Source: Trichosphaerium sp. ATCC 40318 (Eukaryota > Protista > Tubulinea). From it: 64,000 bases of DNA. The position numbers were made by a program, and so were the translations under genes. Positions 61,350 to 64,000 of this stretch are shown in pieces. A model generated the notes under the pieces. It was not told where the DNA came from and did not search any database. It saw only the letters and a program-made list of their open reading frames with translations. Within the stretch, counting starts at the first letter, position 1. Every line of letters begins with the position of its first letter. The stretch lies in NCBI GenBank assembly GCA_038496445.1, contig JALMLS010000488.1:186001-250000 (forward strand), read 5' to 3'.

Positions 61350-64000
61350 ATGACCCATTTAGCTTTACAAGTTAAAGGGAGAGGGATAGTGATCCCTGTG
61401 CAATCTGTGAGTCCGAGAGGAACAGTTAGTTAATTGTGTGGCTGACAATTGCATTAGGTTACTTCAAACGTTGTTATCAATGGGTTTTTGGCGGAAACAA
61501 CGCTAGATATGGTGTTTTTTAACGACCATAATGAAGATTTTGAAGGAGAGCTTGTGGTACCCTTAAACGAAGGTAAACACGGTTTTGTGGTGTTTATGAA
61601 ATAAACTTTTTAACTTTCGTAGGTGCCACTGTTTGTGGTTACGCATGCGATGTAAAAGGCGTTATGGTAGAAGGGGTACGTGAACCGCTTTTAGGCGCAT
61701 TCAACAAAAATAAGACCAAGAACTCTAACACAGCACTAGGTTGTTGTAGAAAAGGAAAAATCGCGTGTGGCGTTCGAAACAGAACGTAGAGAAAAAAAAT
61801 CTGCACCATCAATTATAGAACAAGTCGTTGGCAACGTTTATCGCACTCGCGTGTATCCTATACCCAAAAAAGTGCGTCAATAGCTTTTCTTGACAAGCAA
61901 TAATCCTTGAAACTTAATAACTCTCTAGGGTACTAGAAGACTCATTATAAAGTACTTTGAGAACGTCAAGGTTACCAAAGGTACACAAACCGTTAAAACG
62001 ATTGAAAACTTTTTTTTTTCATATTGTTTCTGACTTCCTGTTTTAGCCCCTACAAGTATCAATAAAGGCGCTGGATTATGTGGAACTTATTCTTCTGAGA
62101 TAAAGTTTGAACAAAAGAAGGCTATTGCTAGCTATCGCGCTACAGTATCCGTACGTAACATAGATTTTTTTAATTTCTTATTAAACATTGATCCTAATAA
62201 AAGTCTTACATAGGTGTTTGCTTCTCAAGATGAGCACTTGAATCATAAAATTAGCAACGCAAAGGGAGTATATAGTGGTATGACACTTCGGAATGATAAG
62301 GTACAATAGTATGATAGGGTGTCGTAAAGTCTTATTCTGTTTACTAGAAAGAAACAGGAAAGTTTGAAGCTGAAGTCACAAACGTTTCACCTAAAGTCCA
62401 TGGATTCACGGTTGCCATTTTTTCAAAAGCTATGGTTGTAGCGTCTAAATTTAAGAAAGACAGATTATGGCACTTTGGTATTGCTGATATAATTCCTGTT
62501 GTCTCACAGTACGCGTATATTTTCTCAGAACTTGTTTTACTTTTTTTTTTTGTGGTCAAAGTTTATTTCTTACACACGTGCTAGAAAAAATTCTTTGCCT
62601 GCAAGATGTAACATTGGTTTACTGTGGGATGCATCTTTTAGCCAAGATAATTCTACGAACATTACGAAATATACAAATGTAATCAGAACTATTTTTTCAA
62701 ATAGTTCTTTTCGTAGTTGCACAGTAGATGTTTATCTATTCCGAAATGAAATGGATACAACTGTTAGAACTTTCCAAGTATCTTCAGGATCATCTTCAAT
62801 CATAACATACCTAAGAGACGTGTTCTATGATGGAGGTATGTTAAAACTCGATCATCAATTGTCAAGCTAACATTTTATGGATTTTTTAATTTTTTTTATT
62901 GTTTTAACTGAACTGTTTTGTAGGTACCGATTTTGGCGCATTATCTGCTTTGCGTAGTAGAAAGGAAATGGGATCTCAGGGAACTGGTGATTATTCTTTT
63001 TACCTAATGTTTACGAACGGCATAAATTCTTTATCTAAAGAACCCTTAAAACGTGTTCAATGTCCTCTTCACATTATAAGTTGTGAGCCAAAAGCTGACT
63101 TTGATAATCTCAAAAAATGGGCAAAGCAAAGTGGCGGTTCATACACAAACTTACAAGTATGTCATTCTGTTCAAATAACAAGGTCATCTTTGTTTATTTC
63201 TTTTTAGAAGGAGAATCAATCTGCAATACCTGGAAAGCTTACAGCAGTGCCTCAGACTTCTTTTATGTATGCAGAGTACAATGAAAAGCATATTGATCCT
63301 AAAGAACTATGCCCAAAGTACGCAAACTATATTTTTTTTTTGAGTTTCGCAAGTGTGCTTCTTAACGGTTTTGTTAGTGTTGTAACTAAACTTGATAATT
63401 CTGGTGTGTTTATACTTGCAGGTAGAACTAAAACAACAACAGCTAAGAGCATAGATATTACACTAGGTACGGAAAAACGTGTTCCAAAACATAGTTACTA
63501 ACTCTGATTTTTTTGTAGTTTTTGGTACTGGTACAACAGTTACGTGCACTAGAAAGCATAAAGTAAATCTGACAGCGGAGCCAAATGCTACTTGTGATAA
63601 ACTTGTGGGAACGCTTTGGGCAAAGAAGAAGATAGATGCTCTTCAAGAGCTTGATGAAGCTGAACAAAAGGAGCACATTGAAACGTTTGCTTCTCTTGGT
63701 AGAGCATATGGAGTTATCTCAAAACATACATCGCTTATCGTGCTCGAAAACTTCGATCAGTATGTTAAGTATGACATTGAACCTCCAGAGGCGATGACAG
63801 GTACAACCATTCTCAAAAAACAAAACATCTTTTGCTTGTTGTTTTTTCTACAAATGTTTTTTTCTTTTATTAACTCTTGACTGTAGAGTGGCATGCAAGG
63901 TATATGGAAATTGCTAAGGAGAAAAAGAAGAAACAAAAAGGCATAGAGGAGCGTAAGATACAATATGTCCTTCAAATGTGGAACAGAAGGATAGGTACAC
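61350..64000 (+). CDS. VIT-domain plus vWA-like protein (runs off the window end)
   Basis: [14 protein letters not shown]...[19 protein letters not shown]...[11 protein letters not shown]...[12 protein letters not shown] (VIT); LLWDASFS; YDGGTDF; LWAKKKI; [14 protein letters not shown]. Confidence 0.85.

Overview
AT-rich, gene-dense eukaryotic (protist, amoebozoan-like by inference) genomic DNA with many short spliceosomal introns, so the supplied ORFs are mostly exon fragments. Housekeeping genes: BUB2-like TBC GAP, YKT6, SAP30BP/HCNGP, LSm10-like, DH-PH RhoGEF, NECAP, a HAD hydrolase, a GT2-like transferase and a VIT-vWA protein. The centre (17.7-37.7 kb) holds four mosaic paralogs of a type-I membrane receptor, three on - and one inverted on +. 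Each has a variable N-terminus, a near-invariant vWA/MIDAS domain, Cys-rich repeats, a variable PT stalk, a TM helix and a tail with ITSM-like TxYxx(V/I) motifs. An SH2/F-box-like/LRR-like gene lies nearby. At 39-48 kb a His-Cys-box endonuclease gene is split by a 905-bp TIR element with an AT target duplication, followed by a young Ty3/Gypsy element with identical 151-bp LTRs. Other highlights are a three-domain single-chain MAPEG protein, a catalytically degenerate Zucchini/PLD6-like gene, one U12-type intron and several GC-AG introns. Gene models were spliced by eye; boundaries are approximate where noted.
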